Origin: Styela clava
Taxonomy: Eukaryota
Direction: 5' to 3'
DNA: 64,000 nt
NCBI RefSeq assembly: GCF_964204865.1
Contig: NC_135262.1
Span: forward strand, 12,214,001-12,278,000
Shown: one piece after another, positions 1-11,900 of the stretch
Layout: each line of letters starts with the position of its first letter
Position numbering within the stretch: the stretch's first letter is position 1
The notes under the pieces: generated by a model
Databases searched by the model: none
The model's input: only the letters and a program-made list of their open reading frames with translations
Told to the model about the DNA's origin: nothing
Position numbers and translations under genes: made by a program

Positions 1-1314
1 TTGTGCAATTTTTTATCAACTTGTGTTGCAATTGAACTGTTGTGAATTGTGATTGTATTTTATTATTCACCATGATAAATGAATACACAAATAAGCTTTT
101 ATGAGCTACATCAGTAATTAGCTTTTAAATTTATTTATATCATTCCTATGACCACTTATTATCACACTATAGTGGTTATAAATCTATGGATCATGACACA
201 AATTGGCCTAAAATTAAAAATAGGTGGTTTTGTGAAATAATGATAATGTAATAGATGTTAGTTATACCTTAATTTTTAATTCGAAAAACCTGTCAGTGTA
301 ACTTTTCACTTATTTCATATTTTTATTTTTTTGTAGCTTTTGCCTGGTGACTTCTTTGTATTTAATCTCTATTGTTCAATGTTAGTATAAAACATTCCTA
401 GTGTTATCTTTACTCAATAAGTCAGGGCAATGTAATTTTAGTCATGAATCATGTAGCGAGCATTGACGTCTTTTTCAGGCATATGATAAAGAACAACTTA
501 GTAAGGGTTCTGAACCTTGTAACATTTGAAATATTTTTTTGTTATATACCGTATGCTCAAACATGATATATTGATGCCAGGCCAAAGTTTTTTTTTGACT
601 GGGATGTTTTTTTTAATGAAAACATTCCTTGTTATACTATGTGCTATATGATATTGTTAGCTAGTTGTTCACTGTGATGGTATATATGGGTATACTCGTC
701 GTATATGTAGTGAGCCTGGAGTATTTAATGGGTTAAAATTATATTTGGATGTATCTATTTGCTTTACTTAATATACTTAATAATATCTATGTAGTTTCCA
801 GTTGGACCACAATATCAATGTCAAACAAATAGTTTGATATGATACTATTGGATTGACTAACATTCTACGTTTATTTTAAGAGTTATTAATAAGAGTATTC
901 TGATCATGATGAATTAGAAAAAAACTTATTATTTTACTTTTTATGTATTATATAATTTGAACAGATTTAAAATATATATTGTCAATGCTGTAAAGTTATA
1001 CTATTTACTTGTTACTGGAAATAGTCAAAAAATTTTCTTATATGTTGAAACTTAATGTTTATTGTTTTTTTGTTGTTCATCCCAGATACATTAAAATTAA
1101 ACATCATAAAAATAAACTAGGTTACACATTAAGAAAGCTGTATGAAGTTCTGGAGTAGATGAAGATTATTTATTAAATACACCAAGGGTGGATATTGTTT
1201 TATACTTATTATTCGCAATTCATGGAATTTTAACATTTTATTTATTAATTTCTGTAATAGTTTTATTGATGGGTTCGGTACCTGCTTGTTAGTTCAGTAA
1301 AATCGACTCTAAAA

Positions 1315-1848
1315 ATGGCTTCTGGAGGTCATGATGCAGCAGATAGTATTCCAACACCACGAAGCATGGATGATCCGAAAATCCAAGGACCAAACTCGAA
1401 GAAACCCATAATGAATAGGACTTTTAGTGGAGAACAAGAAACAAGTTCACACGAACATTATGAAAAAAGTAGCCATGGACTTCAAAATAAAGCTGTACCA
1501 TATCAAAGATCTACGAGACCATGCGCTCCACAACCTTCGAACAAAGGTCAAACTCAAATTAAACCAAGACGCGTCGGTGAACGAATCGAAGATGTATTTC
1601 AGGATGAAATAGTTCAGAGATTTCCGAAGATGACTGAGTTTAAAAAGTTCGCTCGATCTTCGTCAGGATTGAGATTATCAGATTATGATGTCGAAAGCAT
1701 AATGGAAGACTATCGCCAGGCAGAGGAACAAAAGCTTCAAATGTTGTATTTATGGAAACAAAAAAAAGGGAAAAATGCAACACCAGATTTGATTCGCAAA
1801 CTAGTTGATGAGTTTTTTGATAGACCAACCTATTATGATCAAGACTGA
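1315..1848 (+). CDS. Intronless death-domain protein (disordered N-terminal half plus C-terminal death domain), 177 aa
   Basis: ATG in aaaaATGG context with an in-frame stop upstream (1267). The C-terminal half FKKFARSSSGLRLSDYDVESIMEDYRQAEEQKLQMLYLWKQKKGKNATPDLIRKLV fits the death-domain pattern (k.lAR.LglS..dI..I..d....EQ..qML..Wk...G..AT...L). Splice acceptor ttctgtaatag ends at 1260; AATAAA at 2088-2093. Confidence 0.75.
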   Translation: MASGGHDAADSIPTPRSMDDPKIQGPNSKKPIMNRTFSGEQETSSHEHYEKSSHGLQNKAVPYQRSTRPCAPQPSNKGQTQIKPRRVGERIEDVFQDEIVQRFPKMTEFKKFARSSSGLRLSDYDVESIMEDYRQAEEQKLQMLYLWKQKKGKNATPDLIRKLVDEFFDRPTYYDQD

Positions 1849-2844
1849 AGACTTTGGATTAGTATGCCAATCACAAAACTATTTTTTATAATTATGCCAT
1901 ACTTTATTATGTTTAAATTTAAAACAATCTTTGTTCATTTTAACGAATACTTCATCGATAATGGATATCATAATAATATAATAATAATAATATTCAAATA
2001 ATATTTTTGAATACCGGTATACAATATTGAATATATTTATAAAAAAATATTTGGAGTCAATTCCTAGTCAGTAAGTTTGAATTCGGCAATAAAACGACGT
2101 TAAAATCGTATAATTTAATTGATTCCCGTTTTTTACAGTTTCCAGGAAGTAACAAATTTTAAATTTGTACCGTTTTCGATTCTTTTTTTGCATCTCTGCT
2201 CAAAGTGTAATTCGAAATCTCTGTTACATTTTTATGTTAACGTTTCTAATTACATCTTTTTTTTATTATTTTGTGACCAATGATAATTCTATCTATTATT
2301 AAATAATATTTCTCTAAGTTCAATATTACCGGTAATGAGTTGTGGGTCAGGGTAAACTAACAATGATGTAATGTTTGCATAAAAAATGTATCCAAAGATA
2401 TATTCTTTTTTTTTATAGATTTTCTAAAAAATTTTTCTAGAATTGCTATCTTTGCCAATTAATTGGCCATAGTTCTTGAAATAGAATTGCAGATACTGTG
2501 TAATCTTCATCAAGCATGAACTGTTTATGAAATTTGCTACCCAATCCAGCGTTTAAAATGGACCAAAATTTTCTTTGTTTATGTGTTAGTTTAATTTTTT
2601 TTCGAATGGATGTTATATTGTAGCTCTTCCATGTAGCTAGGAATGGCCATAACCCATAACCTTATATTTCATTGATTCACTAACCTGCTCAAATATTGTT
2701 GTCAGACATAAAATACCAAATTGGGTTTTAGATAGAAATTGAATTTGGTGCTTATTATTAAGAATATTTAAAATAAACACTGTTTTTGCTAATTTTTTGT
2801 TACAGTCCAGAACTAAAATAAAGTCAATACTAATCTGATTAGCG

Positions 2845-3142
2845 CAGTGGTTCTCAAATGGTAAGACGCAGCCCCCCCCCCCAAAAAAAAACACCAAAAA
2901 GGGTGGCGTAGACAATTTCTTGAGGGAAATAAAAACATTTGTTAGATTTGATCTTACCCGTCTTATTTTGAATATTTTCATTCCATCCACATTTTTTCAA
3001 CCTTTTTTTTCTTAAAACACACTTTTGCCTTACTATCAGTTATTTGCAGCTTATTGATAGCTACCAGTTATTTATGAGGTGGGGCGTAAGACCTGACAAA
3101 TTCTTAAAAGGGAGCGCGACTTGAAAAGTTTGAGAACCACTG
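2845..3142. mobile_element. hAT (Buster/Charlie-like) MITE, copy 1
   Basis: TIRs cagtggttctcaaa / tttgagaaccactg. The internal sequence is clearly similar to the copy at 46678-46946. TSD is degenerate (gattagcg / gacctagc). Confidence 0.8.
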
Positions 3143-3564
3143 GACCTAGCGGATGTCAATATTGCCCAAAAACAAGTTTTTGATACATTTCTCCCGACTA
3201 ATTATTATTGGAATATTAATATCACTTTCAAATATATTTGAACGTTCATTTTGATATTTTAGACCCCAATCAATCACAGCATACAACATGGATTACAACT
3301 ATTATTTTTCAGTATAGAAATTTGATAATTGTTCAATTATAATAAGTCATTTCTTAGATATCTGCTTCAATTTTAATGAACTATTTTTTTTTTTTATTCT
3401 GTTTCCTCATAATATATCAGTTTTTTCAACAGTTTCAAAAGTTGTTATCTTAATATTAATATGAGGTGTGTGTTTTCTAAGCTATAATGTTTCATTATTT
3501 TTGTTTTTTTGTGTGCTGTAATGTTTCATATATCATGTTGCATTGAATAATTTTCTGCCTTTCA

Positions 3565-3931
3565 TACCATTATATTCCTGCATACAAGCTGAACCCCTAA
3601 AACAGTGAATTTATAAAAATAAGCATATAAGCCGACCCTGCTAATCCTAACATGTCGAATGCATCTATCACAGCAAATGGCTGCAAAAGAGAATTGATGA
3701 AAATGATAACCATCATTGTTAGTTTCACGTAACCCCAACTGTTCGTTACATTATTGTTATGTTTTACATACAGTAAAGAAGTCTGAAATTTCTTCAAATT
3801 CATCCTCACTGTCACACATACATGTCTAATTTTTAGTGCGATCAGAGTTATTGGCATATAGTTGACTCCTTAGTTTGAAAACTTTTTTTTCGGTCTCTTT
3901 AAACTCGGATTATATGCGAGGATATACGTTA
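3565..3931. mobile_element. Degenerate Tc1/pogo-like MITE (taccgt...acggta type ends)
   Basis: Left end taccattatattcctgcatacaagc, internal gcatataagccgaccc, right end ggattatatgcgaggatatacgtta. These form imperfect inverted termini flanked by TA. Confidence 0.45.
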
Positions 3932-4067
3932 TATCGCTGTAGCATGTTACTAATCACTGATTCGCCTTATTGCCTTTTAATTGTTGGTTATCCTATTATT
4001 AATTTTTAAATATATGCTATATACTTTTTGTTTAGATCTAGAAAACATTTTAGCATAAAAATAAATT

Positions 4068-4748
4068 ATGAATGCCAAGTCTCATAGTTTGGAAATTCTC
4101 GTTGAGTCTCGTCAAGTAGAAGAAGCGGTTTTGTCCATTTTTCATTCAATTATTTTACATCGATCGACGGGAAAATTTAGCTACAAACGTGAAGGGACTT
4201 ATTCTGTTGGTACTATCGGAATGGAAGATATAAATTGCGATTTTATCGATTTCACATACGTTCGTGTTTCATCAGAAACTCTGGCAAATGTAGTATCAAA
4301 ACATGTATCCATTTTCGGTGAAGACTTACGCAAAAAACGAGCTGAATTGTCTGCGTCTGCAACTACAATATCAGGAACTATTACAATCGAATTCTATCAA
4401 AAAAGACGAAATAGGTGGCCTTTTCCGGACGAATCAATTCCATGGGAAATATGGAATTTAGTTATTACAGAAAAACTCTTAACAACAGAAAGCGAACGGC
4501 AGGTCGCTCAAGAAAACATTGGATCACGTTTAGCAGAGAAAATATTCTGTGTAACTGAGGCAATGAATCGTCATGACTTTGTTCCAAAAATGCCAACACA
4601 ATCCGACGTGGATCTCGTATTTGACACATCTTTTCCAGATATACAACCGTATCTGTTTAAAATTACCCACAGGATCAATAGTGACTCTAATATTAATCCA
4701 CCCGTATCAGCGAGTGTAGGCTCAACCGTGAAAAGAATGTTTCGATAA
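4068..4748 (+). CDS. ATG101: Autophagy-related protein 101 (HORMA domain), single coding exon, 226 aa
   Basis: MNAKSHSLEILVESRQVEEAVLSIFHSIILHRSTGKFSYKREGTYSVGTIG, EFYQKRRNRWPF (WF finger), IPWEIW and PKMPTQSDVDLVFDTSFPDIQPYLFKI are hallmark ATG101 motifs. Acceptor tttttgtttag ends at 4035. Confidence 0.97.
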   Translation: MNAKSHSLEILVESRQVEEAVLSIFHSIILHRSTGKFSYKREGTYSVGTIGMEDINCDFIDFTYVRVSSETLANVVSKHVSIFGEDLRKKRAELSASATTISGTITIEFYQKRRNRWPFPDESIPWEIWNLVITEKLLTTESERQVAQENIGSRLAEKIFCVTEAMNRHDFVPKMPTQSDVDLVFDTSFPDIQPYLFKITHRINSDSNINPPVSASVGSTVKRMFR

Positions 4749-5330
4749 CAAAAATTGTCTTTGTTTTTGTGTTTCTATGCAGATTGATCTATTCTTTATT
4801 GTTCTCTTACTTTCCAATTCTGTGTTTGTATTGTAAACAGTTTTGGACTAGTTTCAATGCTATTGAATGAATATTTGATATCACTTCAAAATATATTCAT
4901 GCTCTTTTCGAAAATCCCCTTCGTCCTTTGAAGTAGAGATATTTTATAGAATTGTCCTTATTGAAAGTGTGATTAAAGTATTGATTCCTAATATGATAGG
5001 CCTATTAATTTCATTCAACTGTTATCTAGTGCAGATACTATTCACTGCGTTCTACAATATTATTTATCAAGTTTCATTTATCAAGAGCTTCAATGCTTAT
5101 TATTCCTTTGATTTGCCTTGGTGGTAAAATTTTGATATTTCATATCATTGCCTTTGTATTGAATTGTAAGGATTTGGACATTACTTTCATAAAGCACACC
5201 ACATTTTCTGCTCTTATTAATAAGGCTTATCATAAACAGCAATTTACCATTAGCTTATTATTTTTCCACTTTGACATTACCTTAGTCGCATATCACATTT
5301 TGGGGATATGCTGATGGTTGGTATCTAGAC

Positions 5331-5666
5331 CAGGGTGGTCCAAACCAAGGCGACATCACTAATGTCACTGAATTGACTAGTGTTATGAATAGCTGAGACT
5401 ACTAGCAAGGTTAAATAATTCTCCGTTATGAAGAGTTTGAAATGTTACACCAAATGTAGATATAGAAAGACTTTTGCACATTTTAGTAAGTTTTTCGGTG
5501 GTTTTTGCTTGTTATGGCTTGATTAGCAACAAATAATGATCAATGTGTTTGCACAATAAAATTGTTTGTATTGTACTGCTTATTTATATTTGGCACTATT
5601 GTTGCCCGTGAATAATACAAAAATAATTTTGCGACCCCCGAAGCTGACAAACCTTGGATCACCCTG
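5331..5666. mobile_element. hAT-type MITE
   Basis: TIRs cagggtggtccaa / ttggatcaccctg; 8-bp flanks atctagac / atctggat (6/8 match). Confidence 0.65.
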
Positions 5667-5981
5667 ATCTGGATAGACTATACAGGGTTTAAACCTGTGA
5701 TCTCTAACTATGATACCACTGTTAGTATGTCAGTTTACTAAGCCATTCAAAGTCATATTTTTCCTCTTTTCTTTTCCAACCTTCTTTATTTCTTCATTGT
5801 ATGTATTTGTGCTGATTTTATAAATAATTTTTTTTTTGTTTAAAATGGATGTGAATAACTCAATACGCTCCCTGTTTATGTCATACTGCTAAATATTAAC
5901 TGGTACTTTTCAGATATTTGTTATGTAGAAGTAGAACAACTATATATTATTAAGTATAGTTTATCTGATACAAGCAGAAAA

Positions 5982-8900
5982 ATGTCGCTACAGTTGATGG
6001 GATTTATGAATCAGGTTTGTATATTACTTTAATCATGGAGAACGTCTTTTTTTCATACATCTAGGGTTATGGATTAAGAAACTTTGTTAGTCAACAATTT
6101 TTGTATGACAGGTTGAGATGGGTATTCCGAATATTCTACAGGCTGTCAAAAAAATCTCGCACGACCCCACGGCAATAACAATTAAAAAATTTTCTCAGTT
6201 TTATTGTAATAGCGATTGCAAGTTTAATAAATAAATTATATTGTATGATAAATAAGAACTATTAATAAACAAAGACGAAGAAATTTTTGATTTTTATTAC
6301 TATAAAATCGGGCAAATTTTTTGGACACCCAGTATATTGATATATTATGCTATGAATTCAAATTACATGTCAATGATTGTGATTTTTCTGCAGCGTAAGA
6401 GAATGGTTTTGGTTTAAAATTGTTTAATTGAAGGCTTCTGAAAATATAATAATATTGATAATAATTGAATTCTATTCTTTCTACGCCTTGTTCTTTGTCA
6501 TTTGAAAATGAATTTGAGTTATTATTCGTTACTGATGGAATTTATACTTAAATTGATTGTAGATTTGTAGCAAATGGATCACAATTGCATGAGATTATTT
6601 GTTGCTTTTAAGAGATTTAAGACAACTTAATCCGCTTTTAATAAGCCTACTCAAGGATGTAAATGAATAAAATCAAAGGGATAATCTCTTGATAGAAGTG
6701 AGAATATATTGTTATAACTTCCATTGTTGAAAGCAAAGAGTAATATTACGATTATGTTATTGGAAAAATGATTGTTCGATCATCGTAGTTTGAATTTGAA
6801 ATATATTTATTGATACTGCTTACTTTAGCTTTACTTACTGCTTACTTTGATCATTTTTGTAACATTCTTTCAGGCTGGTATCGAACCGATGCAAGTTGAT
6901 GTTGAACCACAGGAACATGATATAAATGAACAACAGGATGATGATCAAAACTTCATTGTGGAGAACCCAACTTTGGTTTGTTTTGGTTAATGTCTTTTCC
7001 AATTATTGTGCTTTTGATGAATTCACACACTCATGAGCAAAAAAAATACTCTCAAGTCATGGTCACCACCGATATGGCTGGATTTGCCGCAAAACTGTGA
7101 TTGGGGCTTTGATTTTCTGGAGTGGTCTGAAATTGTAGCGAAGTTCAGCTTTTGAAATTTGATCTTACCTCATTGTGGTTGGTGCATCGGGCTACGCGTC
7201 AGGAATACAATCGCCATCACACATCTGATTATTCTGCTCGGCTTGGGATGTTCGAATCCCATTGGGGAATATAATATGTGGTGGTTCATGTAAGTTGTAA
7301 CTGGTCAGTTTCGGCTTCCACCACCATCAAGTCCATGCATCAGGAACAACCGACAATTATAAATGAATGGACCTATAATTCTTTTTGGTATTATTTTGTT
7401 ATGAAAAAAAAAAATTTTTTTCCACTCGACTACCGGTAATTGTTATGTGTCATAATAGCGAGTCTGAAAGGTTTATGAATCTCATTTTCTGGAGAAAAAT
7501 TACTTGTTGGTGTGTTGTCTTAGCTATATTTGCGTTGCAGTAGGCTCTCTTGCTTTATCGAAGATGTACTAAGGGGCATCATCTTAAACAAGTTGCAACA
7601 CTGTCACAAAATTTTCATATATTTGTACTCTTGAAAAAGATCAATGGCCTACCTTACAAGTGCAATGTTTTCAAACTACTGGTAATTGTTCATGTCTATA
7701 TTTTTAGGACTTGGAAATGTACACAGCAAATTATTCTGGTTTGATGAAGACTGAAAGATTATTATTTATTGCAAAACATGCTCCTTCACTCAAAGTAGAA
7801 GCATACAGGTAGATAGAATGCTCTTTGTTCTATGTATTGTATTATATGGCCCTTCCCCTTTTTCTCAAAAATCGATTGTGCTCCTTACAAGCCGGTGCTA
7901 ATGTATGGATCATGGTAATGCTTCATAATTTCTTGCGTATACCAGTGGTTCCAAACCTGGGGCCCCATGGCCTTCTGCTGGGGCCACAGAGCAGTTGGAG
8001 GGGGCCTTATTAGCCCTTAATAATTCTAGGCGCTGAACTGTTTTTACTTTTCACTATACAAGAAAACTCCCCGTTCTTCCTAGTTTCATTGCTTGATAAG
8101 GTTATTCCACGGGGTGTTTTCACTCTGCCGAGCATGAAAGCCTTCGGAAGGGAGACATGGAGTACCACTGGCCTATACTAAAAAACCAGTAACGGTACTG
8201 TTATTTTTATAAAGAAACCACCGCTTTACGTTTTTTTGAATAAAATACAATAACCATTAAAAATATCGAGTTTTTTTCCTTAATGAGCTTCGTACAGTAA
8301 CTCAATCCTTTGCAAAATCAGCTGCGTCTTATATGTCGGTGCGCCTTACCGTATGTATGGGAAACCCTAATCTAAGCAATTTGTTGACAGTGTGCTTAAT
8401 AACCCAATGACACCTTTAATCAATTGTAAACCATAAACTTGTGCGAATTGGGAAATAATATAGAAAGTGAATTCATTTAAATATGTATTTTTGATAATAA
8501 TATACATTTGTGCTTTTTAATAATATCTGTTTTTTATTTTAGAATGGCTCTAGCTCACGTTCAGAAATCATTTAATGTTGGATTATATCATAACATTCAT
8601 GAAATGCTGGCTCAAGCAATAAGGTATTTGTTAGGCTGAATGTGTAGCTTGCCTTCGCCCAAAACTGCGAAACTTATGAATATCACTGAGCATATGTTTT
8701 TTCTCAATATTCACAAATAAAAATGTTTCGAAAATTGAACATTCGCCTTTTTTGTCCTAAAGCTCACTTTAATAATAGGAAATTGACATCGTTGTCATAT
8801 GAAGAATATAATTCTATGAAATTTATCATATTTTTCAAATGGGTTTAAACCAAGCGTAAAAAAAGAGACCTAAAATAGAGACTGTTTTGTATCAATGTAC

Positions 8901-11900
8901 TGTACAGTTTTCTGTAGGTTACGATTCTTTAAATCAAATCGACTGCATTTTATTTCTTTATCCAATTTTATAGACATCGTTGAATAATGACATCAGTTAA
9001 TAATAATGTTTTTCGTCATTTTCAAGAATTAATAAAAAATAAATTTCTAACTCTTCAGAGAATCTTCATTCCTTCCTGATGCAGTAGTAGAGCTGACTCA
9101 TCAAATTCCATCGCTTGACACAGCATGGATGGAATTAACAGCAAAGAAGGCAGCAACGTTACTGGAGAAACTTGATACTGATCTGAAAAATTATAAAGAT
9201 AATTCTATCAAAGAAAGTATAAGGTTTGAGATTATGATTCGAATTTTATCCAATGAGTTTTGATTTTCTGTCCAAGCGATCTATAAAAATTGTTATTGGT
9301 TTTCTTGTTTGAAATGTAAAAATATTGCTTTTCTGCGGAACTAGGGGACAAATCGATTTCAATATCTTTAGTGAGTATTTTTGTTCCAATATTTGTTGGA
9401 GTCCTCCTTTTCCTTATTAAGTTTTCCTGCTTTTCATGATTTATGGAAACCTATCATATTCGATGCAATTCTTTATTATTTCATACAATAATCAGAACAA
9501 TTCATATAAGGTTTAGCTGACATTGAGATGGCCATATAAAGATTCGACTTTTCGTGGGCTTTAACCCAATAGGAGGAAATGAGTTGAATATATATTTTTT
9601 CTTTTTCAAACTCTTAACTCACTTTTAATGGAAATAATATTTTTCCAAATCATGGTAAAAAATACCACTGTTTTTGTGATATTTTCTAATAAAAGGTTTT
9701 TTCAGTCTTTCAACATTGGTCCTTTTGTCTGAAAATGCCTGTTTTGTGTTTACGCATTTGGGCATTGCTATCTTGTAAATACATGTTGGTATATTTAGTC
9801 ATTAGATTATTAATTAGTCATTTGTATCTATTTTACTATCAATTTTCGCTTTGTTAGGGTGTCAGCCATGAAACGGCACATATGGATGCCAATAGAAACT
9901 CCTAGTTTTGATAATGCATAATTGATAAGTTCTGTGTGCTTGAGGACTGTGTGTTATGCAGGACCATATGACTTTAAAGATTCTTTGTTTTTGTGCTTAG
10001 GAAAATAACACAGACACAAAGTGTATACTAATTTTTCTTTTTGATTGTTCTGAAAAGTATTATAATATAGTTTGTGATTTTCGAATCACCATTTCATTTT
10101 GTTCATACCTTGTCTTGTACACAATTAAGCGTACGATAATAGAGAATCTTTATTGTTTCCATAAGATGATGCTCAAATTGAATAGGGATATTTAATAAAG
10201 TTATGATATTTAGAAATTGTTTGATTATAAAATGGTTTAAAAATGCCAATTTAACTAACAATTAAAATGAGTTTTTTGTATCTAATATTTCAGATATTTT
10301 TAACTGTTGCCCAACACGGAGTTAAAAAGCTGTCAAATTGCTTTTGTTGTCTGTTAATCATTAATAACTTGACAACATTGGATGATTTTTTTATTCATAC
10401 TTTCAGACGCGGCCATGACGATTTAGGAAATCATTATTTAAATATGGGAGAAGTTCCGAGTGCGCTCAAGTGTTATAGCAGAGCTCGAGATTATTGTACA
10501 TCTCCGAAACATATCATAAGCATGTGTCTCAATGTTATACAGGTAACACTAATAATGCTAATGTGTAAGCTATAAATAAACTAGCAAACTGCAGTTTTCA
10601 ATAGCTTGCTACATTTGACCATAACAAAATATAGGCTGTTTTACATGTTTACTCTGAAAAGACTCGCAATAGCAATCACTGATGTAAAGGGAACTTATCC
10701 TGTTGGGTATTACACATTTGTTTCCACCTTTGTTTGGGTGGTGAACATGGAATCTGATACTGAAAATTGTCCTGTGGCTGCAACCAAACATAATAGTTAT
10801 GCTCATTGAGCATCGATCTGATTATTAGGCCATCATGCGCAAATTGAGTGCGTTAAAAATTACGGTAGTTAGGTAAATTGATTAAATCATACTCTCTGCA
10901 AGTAATCATAACTTGTCTCGTATGCCTGGTACAGTGTCAAATTTAATACAGGGTAACCCCCGAATAACAGAAGCCATAAATTTCTCAATTACCCCTACAA
11001 AAACAAAGAAGATTAATTTAACACTGGAACACTTGAACTTCCGTTTGTATATGATTGTACCCAAATGTTTCAGTAATCTCGGCTTTTTGCATCAACTTGA
11101 ACAACCAGAATAAATAACCAATTTGTGTTTGTCTCCATTTCCTAGCTATTCAATTTTAAATAAACTCGTTTATATCGTAACGTTTTAAAGTTATGTTCAA
11201 TGCTCCTTTTTTTTCTGATATAGGTCAGTGTGTATCTACAGAATTGGTCCCATGTTTTAACCTATGTAAACAAAGCAGAAGCAACAGGAGAATTTGCCGA
11301 TAAGGAAAGAGACAACCATAGTCAATCAATACTTGCTAAGTTAAAGTTAGTAAATTATGTTAACCTTTTGATGTATAAAACAAAATATTGTAACGGCCCA
11401 TCTCTAAGCATAGCTGATCATGTTTTGTGGTGCTCGTAGTCGTTTTTATTTAAATGTGCGACTACTTGGTATACCACGTCTCCTGGATGTTTGTAAAGAT
11501 CAAATTTTTTCTTTTGTCATTTTTGTCGGACTTCTGTAAGGGTTTTACTGCTCTATAACCAGTATTGGTTTTCTGCATCCCACTTCGCCCTGAAATGTGC
11601 CTTTTTAGTTTATTGGACACGTAGTGGACCTATGGTTCGTTTTGTCATTTTGTATTCTTATTTTCGTTCTTGCAGTTACCATTTGAAGATATCGCTTTTC
11701 TCATAAATTACTGAACCAATTTATTGCTTTGAAATTTTCAATGGTTACAAACTTATAATCATAGATTGTAATTTTTACTTGACAGATATTGCTTTTTTTA
11801 TTTATTTTAAAAAATTTCTGTGGGCTGTATGGGATTTATTTTTTGTTTTCGACAATGTCAGCAAAATTAAAAACTACACACCTTGTGGCGGCTCCGCGTT

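Noticed and set aside
479-500. 22-nt micro-exon (tttttcag ... gtaagg) upstream of the death-domain ORF
   Set aside because: Splice signals alone are common in AT-rich DNA; cannot be supported without transcripts.
1427-1828. Alternative-frame and antisense ORFs over the death-domain gene
   Set aside because: Short, non-ATG or motif-free; explained by overlap with the real CDS.
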